Assembly: GCA_028280485.1 (NCBI GenBank)
Contig: JANQLS010000042.1
Location: forward strand, 6,772 to 70,771
DNA length: 64,000 bases
Source of the DNA: Planctomycetota bacterium
GTDB taxonomy: Bacteria > Planctomycetota > UBA8108 > JACQVS01
Direction of reading: 5' to 3'
Position 1 is the stretch's first letter, and every line of letters starts with the position of its first letter. The notes beneath the pieces were generated by a model, which saw nothing but the letters and a program-made list of their open reading frames with translations, searched no databases and was not told where the DNA came from. A program made the translations under genes and the position numbers. This document shows positions 25,925 to 35,104 of the stretch, piece after piece.

Positions 25925-26962
25925 TCAGCCTGATTCGAGTTTCGCTTGGAGGGCGTTCTGAATGGCGCGTCGTTTGGCGGCGACTCGTTTGATGACCTCA
26001 TCGACGATGACCCCAATTAAAATCGCTAAGCCGATGACTGCGAACTCCAACTGACTCGAAATTCCTAAAATATTGATCGCATTTTGGAGGCAAACCAAAA
26101 TCGCACTTCCGAAGATCACGCCTAAGATTGTGCCTTCACCCCCTCTCAGGCTACAGCCTCCGAGGACGGCTCCTGCGATGGCGTAAAGTTCATAGAAATT
26201 TCCGAATCCGGAAGGTTGAATCGAGCCGACATCACAAGCCCAGAGGATTCCGCCGAAGCCGGCTAATAAGCTGCTGAAGACATAGGCGGAAATCGTCATG
26301 TTGTCGGTTTTGATTCCACTGAATCGAGCCGCAATTTCATTCCTCCCTAAAGCCAAGAGATAGCGACCGTAGACGGTTAGATTCAGGTAGATGGCGGCGA
26401 TAATCCCGATGACGATGAGGATAAGAAAAGGAGCGGGCAAGAAAAATTCCCAGGACTCAGGGCCCACTTGGAACTTCCCTTTAGCCATACTCTTGATGCC
26501 TTTGAAGCCGATACCGAATCCCTGATTCGCATCTTTGGTGACCACGCGGCTGATTCCTCGGTAAACGAATAAGCCACAAAGGGTCACCACGAAGGGTTGC
26601 AACTTCAGCTTCGTTATCAGGAGGCCGTGAGTTAAGCCGATCGACAGGGATATTATAAAAATGAGGAATAGAGCGAGGGGAACAGGCATATCCATCCCCC
26701 CGTTGTCGGGTGGGGTGATGAAGAACGGTAACAGCACTCCAGTAAGCCCAACGACCGATCCGATGGATAGATCGATCCCTCCCGTGATGATCACGAAGGC
26801 GACTCCGATTGAAAGAACGCCAAACAAGCTGGTTCTTTTCAAGAGAACGGTAAGGTTTCCACCTTCGAGAAAAGAAGTCTCACCTTCTTTTAACCAACCG
26901 ATTAAAAATGTGATGAGCATGATGCTCACGAGGATTAGGAAGATTCCCAGGTTCTTTTTCAT
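25925..26962 (-). CDS. Sugar ABC transporter permease (RbsC/monosaccharide CUT2 type)
   Basis: About 9-10 TM segments with branched-chain/ribose-type permease architecture. It lies downstream of the two-domain ATPase. Confidence 0.85.
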   Translation of the reverse strand: MKKNLGIFLILVSIMLITFLIGWLKEGETSFLEGGNLTVLLKRTSLFGVLSIGVAFVIITGGIDLSIGSVVGLTGVLLPFFITPPDNGGMDMPVPLALFLIFIISLSIGLTHGLLITKLKLQPFVVTLCGLFVYRGISRVVTKDANQGFGIGFKGIKSMAKGKFQVGPESWEFFLPAPFLILIVIGIIAAIYLNLTVYGRYLLALGRNEIAARFSGIKTDNMTISAYVFSSLLAGFGGILWACDVGSIQPSGFGNFYELYAIAGAVLGGCSLRGGEGTILGVIFGSAILVCLQNAINILGISSQLEFAVIGLAILIGVIVDEVIKRVAAKRRAIQNALQAKLESG

Positions 26963-26988
26963 CGTTGTGCTACTTACGGATTGAAACG

Positions 26989-28512
26989 TTACTTCGCCCC
27001 AGTGGCTAAGCGCATAATTCCTTCTTCAGAAATGGCATCCCCCTCTAAATTGCCGGCGATCTCACCTTCGTGCATCACTAAGATGCGATCCGACATGCCG
27101 AGGACTTCCTCCATTTCACTCGAGATCATCAGGATCCCAACCCCTTCTTTAGCCATTTGCTCCATGAGGCGATAGATTTCTTCTTTCGCCATCACGTCGA
27201 TTCCTCGTGTGGGTTCATCTAAGAGCAAAATTCGAGGGCCGAGTGATATCCATTTTCCCAAAACGACCTTTTGTTGATTTCCGCCTGATAAGAGTTGTAC
27301 CTCTTGATCGATCGTCGGGGTTTTGATTAGCAATTTATCCACCATGGCATCCGAAACTTCGCGAAGCTTTGAATGTTGGGTGAACTTGGATTTTTGATAG
27401 CGATCGAGCCCCGCTAAGATCGTGTTGTCTTTGACGCTCAGCTCCAAGATCAAACCTTGTTGTTTGCGATCTTCGGGAACCAAAGCTATTCCATTTGCGA
27501 TGGCATCTTGGGGAGAACGAATCGAGACGGATTTACCCGCAACCTTAATCGTTCCCGACACCGCTTGATCGATGCCAAAGAGGACTCGAGAAAGTTCTGT
27601 TCTCCCGGCTCCGACGAGGCCCGCCATGCCTACAATTTCACCCGCATGGATTTCGAAATTAAGAGGATGATTTTCTTGGCCCGGTACGACTAAGTCTTCC
27701 ACTTCGAGAAGAACCTCACCCCGTTCTCGTTCCGTCTTTTTATAGAACTCAGAAACTTCTCTTCCGACCATCAGGGAGACCAAATTTTCGTGGGTCATTT
27801 GATCTCGAGTCAACTCTCCTGAATTCTCACCATCCTTGAGCACGGTGGCCGTATCCGCCATCTGAGTCAGCTCGGTTAGGCGGTGCGAGATATACGCGAT
27901 ACAGACATTTTGAGATTTGAGTTGAGCGATAACTTCAAAAAGGCGGTCCGTTTCATGTTGAGTCAAGCTACTGGTTGGCTCATCCATGATGATGAGGCGA
28001 GCATTTTGAGAGAGAGCTTTGGCGATCTCAACGATTTGTTGCTGACCGATCGAAAGGTCGCGGACTAAAGTCGTCGAAGGCATTTTGAAGTCGAGTTGCT
28101 TCAAGTAGACTTCAGTTTCTTCGTGGATCTGCTTATTGTCGATCATCCCCAAGGGGCCGGCCTTTTTAGGTTCACGACCTAAAAAAACGTTAGCCCCGAT
28201 GCTGAGGTTATCTGCAAGATTGAGCTCCTGGTGAATGAAAGCAATCCCCAGTTCAGTAGCTCTTCCCACCGAATCGATGACCTCAGGTTGGCCATCGACC
28301 AACACCTCCCCATCGTCGGGGAGGTGGATACCACCGATGACCTTCATCAAGGTACTTTTCCCTGCTCCATTTTCACCCACGACAGCATGAACTTCTCCTG
28401 GGTAGAAAGTGGCATCCACATTTTGGAGTGCTCTTACACCGGGAAAAGTTTTAAGGATGCCGCGGGCTTCCAAGAGGGGAGGAGAATTGGAATTTGAACC
28501 GCTTGCGATCAC
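26989..28512 (-). CDS. Sugar ABC transporter ATP-binding protein, duplicated ABC domains (RbsA-like)
   Basis: Walker A GENGAGKST, signature LSIGQQQIVEIAKAL, a second signature LSGGNQQKVVLGKW and LLLDEPTRGIDV. GTG start with a 4-bp overlap with the binding-protein gene. Confidence 0.9.
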   Translation of the reverse strand: MIASGSNSNSPPLLEARGILKTFPGVRALQNVDATFYPGEVHAVVGENGAGKSTLMKVIGGIHLPDDGEVLVDGQPEVIDSVGRATELGIAFIHQELNLADNLSIGANVFLGREPKKAGPLGMIDNKQIHEETEVYLKQLDFKMPSTTLVRDLSIGQQQIVEIAKALSQNARLIIMDEPTSSLTQHETDRLFEVIAQLKSQNVCIAYISHRLTELTQMADTATVLKDGENSGELTRDQMTHENLVSLMVGREVSEFYKKTERERGEVLLEVEDLVVPGQENHPLNFEIHAGEIVGMAGLVGAGRTELSRVLFGIDQAVSGTIKVAGKSVSIRSPQDAIANGIALVPEDRKQQGLILELSVKDNTILAGLDRYQKSKFTQHSKLREVSDAMVDKLLIKTPTIDQEVQLLSGGNQQKVVLGKWISLGPRILLLDEPTRGIDVMAKEEIYRLMEQMAKEGVGILMISSEMEEVLGMSDRILVMHEGEIAGNLEGDAISEEGIMRLATGAK

Positions 28513-29552
28513 TCGTCAGCCGATGCTTTTTGCTTTTTGAGATTGTCCCAAACTTTTTGAACGTTGTCTTTATTCACAACGGTATGAGGGATATCTAAAA
28601 CACCGCCAGCGGGGATAACGCTCTTATCACCTTCGATTAAGGCTTTGAGGTACTTGACCGATTGGTAGCCGAACTCAAAAGGTTGTTGAATCACAGTGGC
28701 GTAGATTTCGCCATCGACGATGGCTTGGAGGGTGGCGTCGTATTCGTCAAAACCAATGATTTTAACCTGATCCGTTTTTCCGGCGTCTTTAACAGCAGCT
28801 AAACAGGCAGGAGGATTGTAGCCCCAAAGGCCGACCATGCAGTTGAGGTCTGGGTATTTCGTCAGAGCGTCGACTGCGTTTCGTTTGGCGTCGGTTTCGC
28901 TGGCTTGATCAGTTCGGGTATCTAAAATCGTCCACTTGCCCAATTTGACTTCACCCGAGAAGTTTTTGTCGATCGTGAATTTTTTCTCGACGGGTTTTCC
29001 GGCGAGTTCATCGATCACACCCTGTCGCCGTTCTTGAGCATTGAGGACATCCAACTTACCGACGAAGACCATGATGGTTCCGCCATCGGGAAGAGCTTCC
29101 CTGACGAGCTTTCCGGCTTCACGTCCAGCCATGTAGTTGTTGGTGCCGAGATAGAAGGCACGATCGCTATTGGGGGCGTCACTGTCGTGGCAAAGAACCG
29201 GTTTCTTGGCGGCTACTTCGTTGAGGATGTCTTGCTGGTTGTCAGGATCTAAAGGAGATACAGCGACTCCTTTGATACTACTTTTGTTGAGACAAACTTC
29301 TAGGAGGCGTTGTTGGTCAGCGGAATCACCACCTGAAGGAATCATGTATTCGACTTTAATTCCGAAGTCTTTCTCTGCCTTGCGGCAACCGGCGTTGGCG
29401 TATTTCCAGAAGTCAGCAGGGCCATTCGTGATGAATGCGACTGTCAATTGATCCTTGTTGCCATCACCTGAGCTTGAACCACCTTTTTTTCCATCACAGC
29501 CGAAGCTAAGTGTCAGTGAAAGAACTGCACATAATAAAAGCGCGCGTTTCAT
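28509..29552 (-). CDS. Periplasmic sugar-binding lipoprotein (RbsB/LacI-type PBP fold)
   Basis: Lipobox LSFGC follows the signal peptide from ATG 29552. Overall type I periplasmic binding protein pattern. Confidence 0.8.
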   Translation of the reverse strand: MKRALLLCAVLSLTLSFGCDGKKGGSSSGDGNKDQLTVAFITNGPADFWKYANAGCRKAEKDFGIKVEYMIPSGGDSADQQRLLEVCLNKSSIKGVAVSPLDPDNQQDILNEVAAKKPVLCHDSDAPNSDRAFYLGTNNYMAGREAGKLVREALPDGGTIMVFVGKLDVLNAQERRQGVIDELAGKPVEKKFTIDKNFSGEVKLGKWTILDTRTDQASETDAKRNAVDALTKYPDLNCMVGLWGYNPPACLAAVKDAGKTDQVKIIGFDEYDATLQAIVDGEIYATVIQQPFEFGYQSVKYLKALIEGDKSVIPAGGVLDIPHTVVNKDNVQKVWDNLKKQKASADE

Positions 29553-29903
29553 GATCGTTCTATTCCTCTCATTCAAACTTGAAGTCATCTCACCCAAATC
29601 ACGAAGTGGATCGTGATCTCAGATGGATCAATTTTCGTTGGGTTGAATACCTCAAAACGAACCCCGGCAATACCCGGTTTTGATACCTTATTTGATTCTT
29701 TCCCGGGGCGGGTATGTATACACTTGGACCCCTGATACTCTCGAAGTCGAGTTCCTGATGCAAGTGAAAACCCTGAACCTAGATAGAGATCTTTGAGTGA
29801 GATCGGATTATCAGCCCATTTGACGGTTTTTTGAGTCAAAATCAGTGAAAATTAAGGACTTCTGTCGCGAGTGAGCAACGAAATGAGATCTTTGCGGATG
29901 GGC

Positions 29904-30821
29904 TTATGGAGTTAGGTGGACGGCTTGGAGTTGGTTCAGAAGTTCTTGAGTTTCACCTTCGGTGAGAGCGCAGAGTGGGGGACGGAGGTGGAGCCAGTCT
30001 GGATTGCTCTCTCGTTGGGCTAAAAATGCTTTGAGGCCAGGGACGAAGGGCTTGCCTTGGAAGGCTTCACGAATGTGGTTGACGGCATCTTGCGTTTGTT
30101 CCGCTTCCTCAATTCGTCCTTCCTGGAACAAAGACCAGACCTTAGCTGCCAAGTCTGAGGTGACATTGGTCGTCGCCGAGACACAGCCGACTCCACCAAC
30201 TTTAAGAACAGCAAGTAAAAATCGTTCAGTGCCGGCGAAGAGTTTGAGTTGAGGGAAGCGGTTGAGAGTCTCTTTCATATGGTTGAAGTCGCCGCTTGAA
30301 TCTTTCATTCCGACGACTGTTGAAGGAAATCGGGAAAGTAACTCTTCGATGAGCTCGAATGAGAAATCCACCTGAGCTTGTCGCGGAAAGTGATAGAGGT
30401 AGATCTTTAAGGCGTCGCTTGAGACTTGCTCGATCACTTGGGTGAAGAAGTTTAGCAATCCGGAGTCACTGACTCCCTTGTAGTAAAAGGGCGGTAAGAG
30501 GAGGATTCCTCCTACATTTAGAGAGACCGCGTGGCGCGTCAGTTCTACTGTTTCTGGAATCGAACAACAGCCAGTTCCCACCATGAGGCAATGAGGAGAA
30601 ATGCCGCCGTCGACGATCGACTCTAAAATTTCTTTTCGCTCTCGAGTGGAAAACGAATTGGCCTCACCCGTGGTCCCAAGGATGGCAAGTCCATCACAAC
30701 CTTGATTCAATAAATTTTGATTGTGACGAACGGTGAGCTCGGGATCCGGGGAGAGATCTTCTTTAAGGGGCGTGAGTGACGCGGCGAAGACGCCGTTGGG
30801 GAGGGGGGGATTAGATTCCAT
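29904..30821 (-). CDS. DapA/N-acetylneuraminate-lyase family class I aldolase
   Basis: GLAILGTTGEANSFS block, PPFYYK tyrosine block and the GMKDSSGD Schiff-base lysine block. Confidence 0.8.
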   Translation of the reverse strand: MESNPPLPNGVFAASLTPLKEDLSPDPELTVRHNQNLLNQGCDGLAILGTTGEANSFSTRERKEILESIVDGGISPHCLMVGTGCCSIPETVELTRHAVSLNVGGILLLPPFYYKGVSDSGLLNFFTQVIEQVSSDALKIYLYHFPRQAQVDFSFELIEELLSRFPSTVVGMKDSSGDFNHMKETLNRFPQLKLFAGTERFLLAVLKVGGVGCVSATTNVTSDLAAKVWSLFQEGRIEEAEQTQDAVNHIREAFQGKPFVPGLKAFLAQRESNPDWLHLRPPLCALTEGETQELLNQLQAVHLTP

Positions 30822-30875
30822 AACATTCAGCTTTCAACGCTCACCATTAACGTTCAACACTCAACGTTCATTGAT

Positions 30876-32630
30876 TTATAACTTCAAAATCTCCACAAAA
30901 TACGCGCCACGCATCTTCCCGTTTTTGCCTTCGAGCCAAGTTTGAAGGTGCTGAGGGCCCGCTTTGAGTTCCATGGTGAAGGATACGGAACGAGCATCGG
31001 GTTCGGTTTCGATGGAGAGGACTTCATTGTCGACTTGAAGCATGGCATTTACCGCTTCGATATCTTTGTCGATGTGTCGAGGCCAACGTCTCAGGGTGAT
31101 TTTGTACTTGCCTTTAGATTTAACGTCGACGCTCCAATACCCATTGAGTGCCGGTCCGCTGCGGATGTGATTTTGGTGCCAGGGGACACCTTTATTGTTG
31201 GTATGCCAATCGTGGCAGGTTAACTGAACGGGATTTTCGGCCTTGCTTCCAATCGCAATTCTGACTTCGTGCTTAAAACTGGGTTCTAAGCTTTTCCACC
31301 AAGCTTCGTAACTGGCTTTGAGCTTCTCGACGACTTGAGGATGATCCGAGGCGATGTTTTTAGTTTGGCCGGGATCTTTTTGAATGTCGTAAAGCTCTTT
31401 TCCATTGATCAAGCGATACTGTTGAGTCATGACCGCTGACTTGCGCCATTTTTGGGGATGCTCAACGCGTTGAGAATGGACTAAGAGAGTTCGTTCTGGC
31501 CACGCTTTACCGGCTTCCGGACTCGAGAGTAAGGAGGCGATGCTTTTTCCGTCGATGGGATTCACCTTCGGGGTTTCAACTCCACAGAGTTCACTCAAGG
31601 TGGGGAGCATGTCGATATGCGCGGTGAGTTGGTTCACATCTCGGCCCTTGTTCATACCACCTGCGGGCCAATAGAAAAAGCAGGGAACGCGATGGCCACC
31701 GTCGTATTCCGATCCTTTAGTTCCTCTCATTCCGGAATTGAAGCCGGTCCAAGCCTTAGCATTTTTTGCTTTTCGCCTCGGAGCTTTCCGAGGTGCTCCT
31801 CGAGCCGTTCCGTTGTCGGTCGTGAAGATGAGGAGAGTCTCATTTTCGAGGCCTTCCTTTTTGAGCATCTTGCGCAGTTTCCCCAAGTTCTCATCGATGT
31901 TGGTGATCATTCCGAGGAATTTGGCTTGAGTCGGTTCGACGCCTTTTTCTTCGTAGGGTTTCGAGTATTTCTCAGCTACGAGGAAGGGACCGTGAGGTGC
32001 GTTAGTACTTAAGTAAGTAAATGTTTTATCCCCCTTCTTATTGGCATTTCGAATGAAATTCATCGCATTCGAGAACCACACATCGGTGCAATAACCGAAT
32101 GTCTTTTCAGGTACTCCATCACGGAAGTAAATGTCATCGAAGTAATCGTTATCGAAGTAGTCAGGGGTTTGTCCCACTCCACCGCCACCATGATAGAAAG
32201 CAGTGTCAAAGCCTTGATCTTGGGGACGCAGTGGGGCGTTGTCTCCTAAGTGCCACTTACCGAACATGCCCGTTTTGTATTGGCCCTTCTTCAGGGCTTC
32301 GGGAATCGTCACTTCTTCCGTTCGCATCATCGAACGTCCCATGATCGTGTGCCAAACCCCAGTCCGAGTTGAATAACGCCCTGACATCAAGGCTGATCGT
32401 GTGGGACTACAGGTGGGATCCACGTGATAGTTCGTCAAGCGCACAGATTCTTTCCAGAGTTGATCCAAATGTGGAGTCTGGATCATGGTATTACCGTGAG
32501 CTCCAATATCACCGTAGCCTTGGTCATCGGTGATGATCATGATGATATGTTTGGGAGTAGCGGCCGTTAAGAGGCTCGTCCCGAAGGCGAGGAAGAAGAT
32601 GAGTGAGAGTAGTAGGGTTTTTAGTTTCAT
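30876..32630 (-). CDS. Secreted formylglycine-dependent sulfatase with a C-terminal beta-sandwich extension
   Basis: Signal peptide, IIMIITDDQGYGD, and the CSPTRSALMSGRY signature. Confidence 0.85.
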   Translation of the reverse strand: MKLKTLLLSLIFFLAFGTSLLTAATPKHIIMIITDDQGYGDIGAHGNTMIQTPHLDQLWKESVRLTNYHVDPTCSPTRSALMSGRYSTRTGVWHTIMGRSMMRTEEVTIPEALKKGQYKTGMFGKWHLGDNAPLRPQDQGFDTAFYHGGGGVGQTPDYFDNDYFDDIYFRDGVPEKTFGYCTDVWFSNAMNFIRNANKKGDKTFTYLSTNAPHGPFLVAEKYSKPYEEKGVEPTQAKFLGMITNIDENLGKLRKMLKKEGLENETLLIFTTDNGTARGAPRKAPRRKAKNAKAWTGFNSGMRGTKGSEYDGGHRVPCFFYWPAGGMNKGRDVNQLTAHIDMLPTLSELCGVETPKVNPIDGKSIASLLSSPEAGKAWPERTLLVHSQRVEHPQKWRKSAVMTQQYRLINGKELYDIQKDPGQTKNIASDHPQVVEKLKASYEAWWKSLEPSFKHEVRIAIGSKAENPVQLTCHDWHTNNKGVPWHQNHIRSGPALNGYWSVDVKSKGKYKITLRRWPRHIDKDIEAVNAMLQVDNEVLSIETEPDARSVSFTMELKAGPQHLQTWLEGKNGKMRGAYFVEILKL

Positions 32631-32689
32631 GTTTTGAATTGTGTTTGATATTTAAAGATCCATTGACTTGCCAAACCGGTTCACGTGGT

Positions 32690-32850
32690 GGCTGTGATTT
32701 TTTATCAAGCTTCGTTAGAGCCGGATTTCAAAATAGTAGAATTACTGTCTTAACTAGCCCGAAGCGCTAGCGAGGGGCCAGCTTAAATAAGAATGGGCCC
32801 CTCGCTAACGCTTCGGGCTAGTTAAGTTGGAAGTCTTAAAAATTGTTAGC
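32690..32850. repeat. Composite repeat (flank A, 28-bp-arm palindrome with 20-nt loop, flank B), mirror copy of 39215-39372
   Basis: The reverse complement aligns with 39215-39372 across both flanks and both arms (TTAACTAGCCCGAAGCGCTAGCGAGGGG / CCCCTCGCTAACGCTTCGGGCTAGTTAA). Confidence 0.85.
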
Positions 32851-32869
32851 CTCCGGGTGAGCTGACTAC
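32848..32869 (-). repeat. GTAG-headed REP hairpin just after the ThuA-like gene stop
   Basis: The minus strand reads TAA-CAACAAA-GTAGTCAGCTCACCCGGAGGCT. Confidence 0.75.
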
Positions 32870-32876
32870 TTTGTTG

Positions 32877-33842
32877 TTACTTCGCATTCTCTTCGCAAGG
32901 ACATTTGCAGTTGTTTTCTCCCAGGTAGATCCCTGACTTGATCAAGGCGCTCGCATCAGCGAATTCCCAGACATCACCATTTTCATGAACGACTCTGAAG
33001 CGAGTGGAGGTGGGCTTCTTAGCCGTTTTCTCGTAGCCTTTGAGCGGCTTCCCATCTTTGTCTAATTTTTTGATCGACCACAGAAGGCCGCGAGTGACCA
33101 AATCTAAGTACACTTTTTCCTTCATTGCTTCGTTGTAGTGACCGATCGTCGTCCCGAAGGTTCGAGCCTTATTGAACTCATTTTTCCAAATACAAACTTG
33201 CTTGGTCTTTTCTTCGTTTCCTTCTTTGAAGCCGAGTCCGAGAGCGGTTGCGCTCTTAATAATTTTGGTGTGATAAAGCTCACCCTTAGGTGTTTTCCAT
33301 CGCTTCGGAAAGCCCTTCATGATCGGATCTTTCGTCTCTAAGTTTTTAACGATGAATGGAAAGTGAGGGCCGTGACGACGAGATTCGACGCCGACTAGGT
33401 TATCCCAAGCTTTGGATTTCGTATTTCGGAACGTGTGCATGGCACAGTGGATCATGACTGAACCCAAACCTTTGTCGGTGTGAGCTTTGACAATCTTTTC
33501 AATCTGCTTGGCATCCGAATAACTGGCGAAGCATTCGTTGTGAACGATGACGTCGAAGCCGTCGGCCCAGGTGTCTTTCTTATAGACATCGGGGAGAGCT
33601 CCCCGCTTGGGGTTTTCGAGGACGATCGTCCATTCGATGTTGATGCGTTTGCCGATCCCTTCGCTCAGGATCTTTTTCTGGTTTTTGTAATCGTGGTACC
33701 CACCGCCGGTGATCATTAGGGCTTTGATGGTCGGGGGCCCTTTCTTCCGAGGGTCTTTCTTCGGAGGATCTTCGGCGAAGTTGGCTTGAGTGAGGCTGAA
33801 AAGGAAGCCGATTGCGAGGACGATTTGAAGTCTATTCATCAA
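32877..33842 (-). CDS. Secreted ThuA-like (class I glutamine amidotransferase-like fold) protein
   Basis: Signal peptide. The ALMITGGGYHDY and DVIVHNECF blocks resemble the ThuA/trehalose-utilisation domain. Assignment is from memory of the family only. Confidence 0.5.
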   Translation of the reverse strand: MMNRLQIVLAIGFLFSLTQANFAEDPPKKDPRKKGPPTIKALMITGGGYHDYKNQKKILSEGIGKRINIEWTIVLENPKRGALPDVYKKDTWADGFDVIVHNECFASYSDAKQIEKIVKAHTDKGLGSVMIHCAMHTFRNTKSKAWDNLVGVESRRHGPHFPFIVKNLETKDPIMKGFPKRWKTPKGELYHTKIIKSATALGLGFKEGNEEKTKQVCIWKNEFNKARTFGTTIGHYNEAMKEKVYLDLVTRGLLWSIKKLDKDGKPLKGYEKTAKKPTSTRFRVVHENGDVWEFADASALIKSGIYLGENNCKCPCEENAK

Positions 33843-34087
33843 TTCTTTTCCTGTTCTTCGAAGCTCTCTTAGAGGGAGTAAATAAGTGTTTCATCTGTGT
33901 GTAAGGGATCCGCGTTAAAGTCTTGAGAAGCAAATCATTATAAACGAATTCAGAGTTGAAATTTCAGCCTCGAATACAAGATATCGATAATTTTTTTTAA
34001 TTCCGAGTTCTGGGTGGGGATTGAAGTTTGACATCTCAGAATCAGCTAGGAAGATCGTAGTGGGTCGTGATAATAATTTCACAAATT

Positions 34088-34135
34088 TTCTATCTCTCTA
34101 TCCCGATAGAGATTCAGGTTTAGATCTAGATAGAA
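34088..34135. promoter_or_regulatory. Cluster of GATAGA/TCTATC palindromes upstream of the IPTL-CTERM-like gene
   Basis: Contains TCTCTATC-CC-GATAGAGA (8-bp arms) nested in TTCTATCT...AGATAGAA, plus TAGATCTA. It lies about 130-180 bp upstream of ATG 34267. Confidence 0.3.
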
Positions 34136-34266
34136 ATCCAGCTATTAATCTGCTTAATCAACAATCAGTTTTTGTTAAACCCGGGTCATCTTTTGAAGGG
34201 ATGCAGCAAACTCTTCATATGATGGTTTAAGCCCTAGGGTAGGAAATATAGGGAGGTAAAAACACG

Positions 34267-34980
34267 ATGAAAATGCGTTCAAGGCTGTGGGTAATGGGGG
34301 GCTTTCTCCTTTTGGGCATGGCTCAGGTCGCTTGGGCGACTCCAGATACCATCGATGATTTTAATGATGCGACTCTCCAAGGTTGGGAGATCGGCCGTGC
34401 GGATGCACGAACTCCATTAGTCATCGAAGATGGAGGGCGGAGTGGTGAAGCCGGTGATCACGCTTTAGGAATTATCAGTACCGGTACAGGGGGAGTCGCG
34501 AGTCGACTCGCCGTTTACAACGAAGATCAATGGACGGGTAATTTCATTGAAGCGAATCTTCAGTCGGTTCGAGTCGACCTGAAAAACACGGGGGAGACTA
34601 CTGTGGTCATCCGCTTAGGCTTTGACGGTCCCGGTGGAAGATTTGTCACCTCTGATTCTATCGAGCTTGCAGCTGGAAGTGACTGGCAATCGGCTCTCTT
34701 TAGCATCAAACCTGATGATTTAGTGGCCGACGGTGGAACGAATGTTGTAGCGACATTGGAGAATGTGGGTCAATTCAGAATCCACCACGCTCCTACGCCT
34801 GTTTTCAGAGCTCCTCGTTCAGTTGCTTCGTTATCAATTGATAATGTTCAGGCTCTGGAGCCCGTTGTCGTTGGAGTTCCTTCCCTCAGTTTCTGGGGAG
34901 GAAGCTTACTCATCGCAGCTCTTTTCGCTAGTGCTATTTTGGTCTTACAATCCAAAAGAAAGCTTTCTACGAGTGCGTGA
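34267..34980 (+). CDS. Secreted beta-sandwich protein with an IPTL/PEP-CTERM-like C-terminal sorting signal
   Basis: GGGAGG RBS and a signal peptide. The C-terminus VPSLSFWGGSLLIAALFASAILVLQSKRK consists of a motif, a TM helix and a basic cluster, resembling the IPTLSEWG type. Confidence 0.55.
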   Translation: MKMRSRLWVMGGFLLLGMAQVAWATPDTIDDFNDATLQGWEIGRADARTPLVIEDGGRSGEAGDHALGIISTGTGGVASRLAVYNEDQWTGNFIEANLQSVRVDLKNTGETTVVIRLGFDGPGGRFVTSDSIELAAGSDWQSALFSIKPDDLVADGGTNVVATLENVGQFRIHHAPTPVFRAPRSVASLSIDNVQALEPVVVGVPSLSFWGGSLLIAALFASAILVLQSKRKLSTSA

Positions 34981-35104
34981 GGAGCACATGAGGAGCTAAA
35001 GTTGTAGTCAACCATTTTGGCTTCCCTCTATAGTTTTAAAATAGGCGCTTGAAACTTTCATGTAAATGAGTAGTTTCAAGCGCCTACTTTTATATAAAAA
35101 TCCA

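Noticed and set aside
29601-29622. Inverted repeat TCACGA-N6-TCGTGA upstream of the sugar-binding protein gene as an operator
   Set aside because: The arms are only 6 bp, no regulator gene is nearby, and a match like this is easily expected by chance.
29585-29839. ORF 29585..29839 (-, 84 aa) between the aldolase and binding-protein genes
   Set aside because: It has no recognisable features, overlaps the likely promoter or leader of the transporter operon, and ends inside the longer binding-protein ORF. I kept this region as intergenic, but this is not certain.
34021-34230. ORF 34021..34230 (+, 69 aa) upstream of the IPTL-CTERM-like gene
   Set aside because: It uses a TTG start in an AT-rich promoter region and runs across the GATAGA palindrome cluster. 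There is no RBS.
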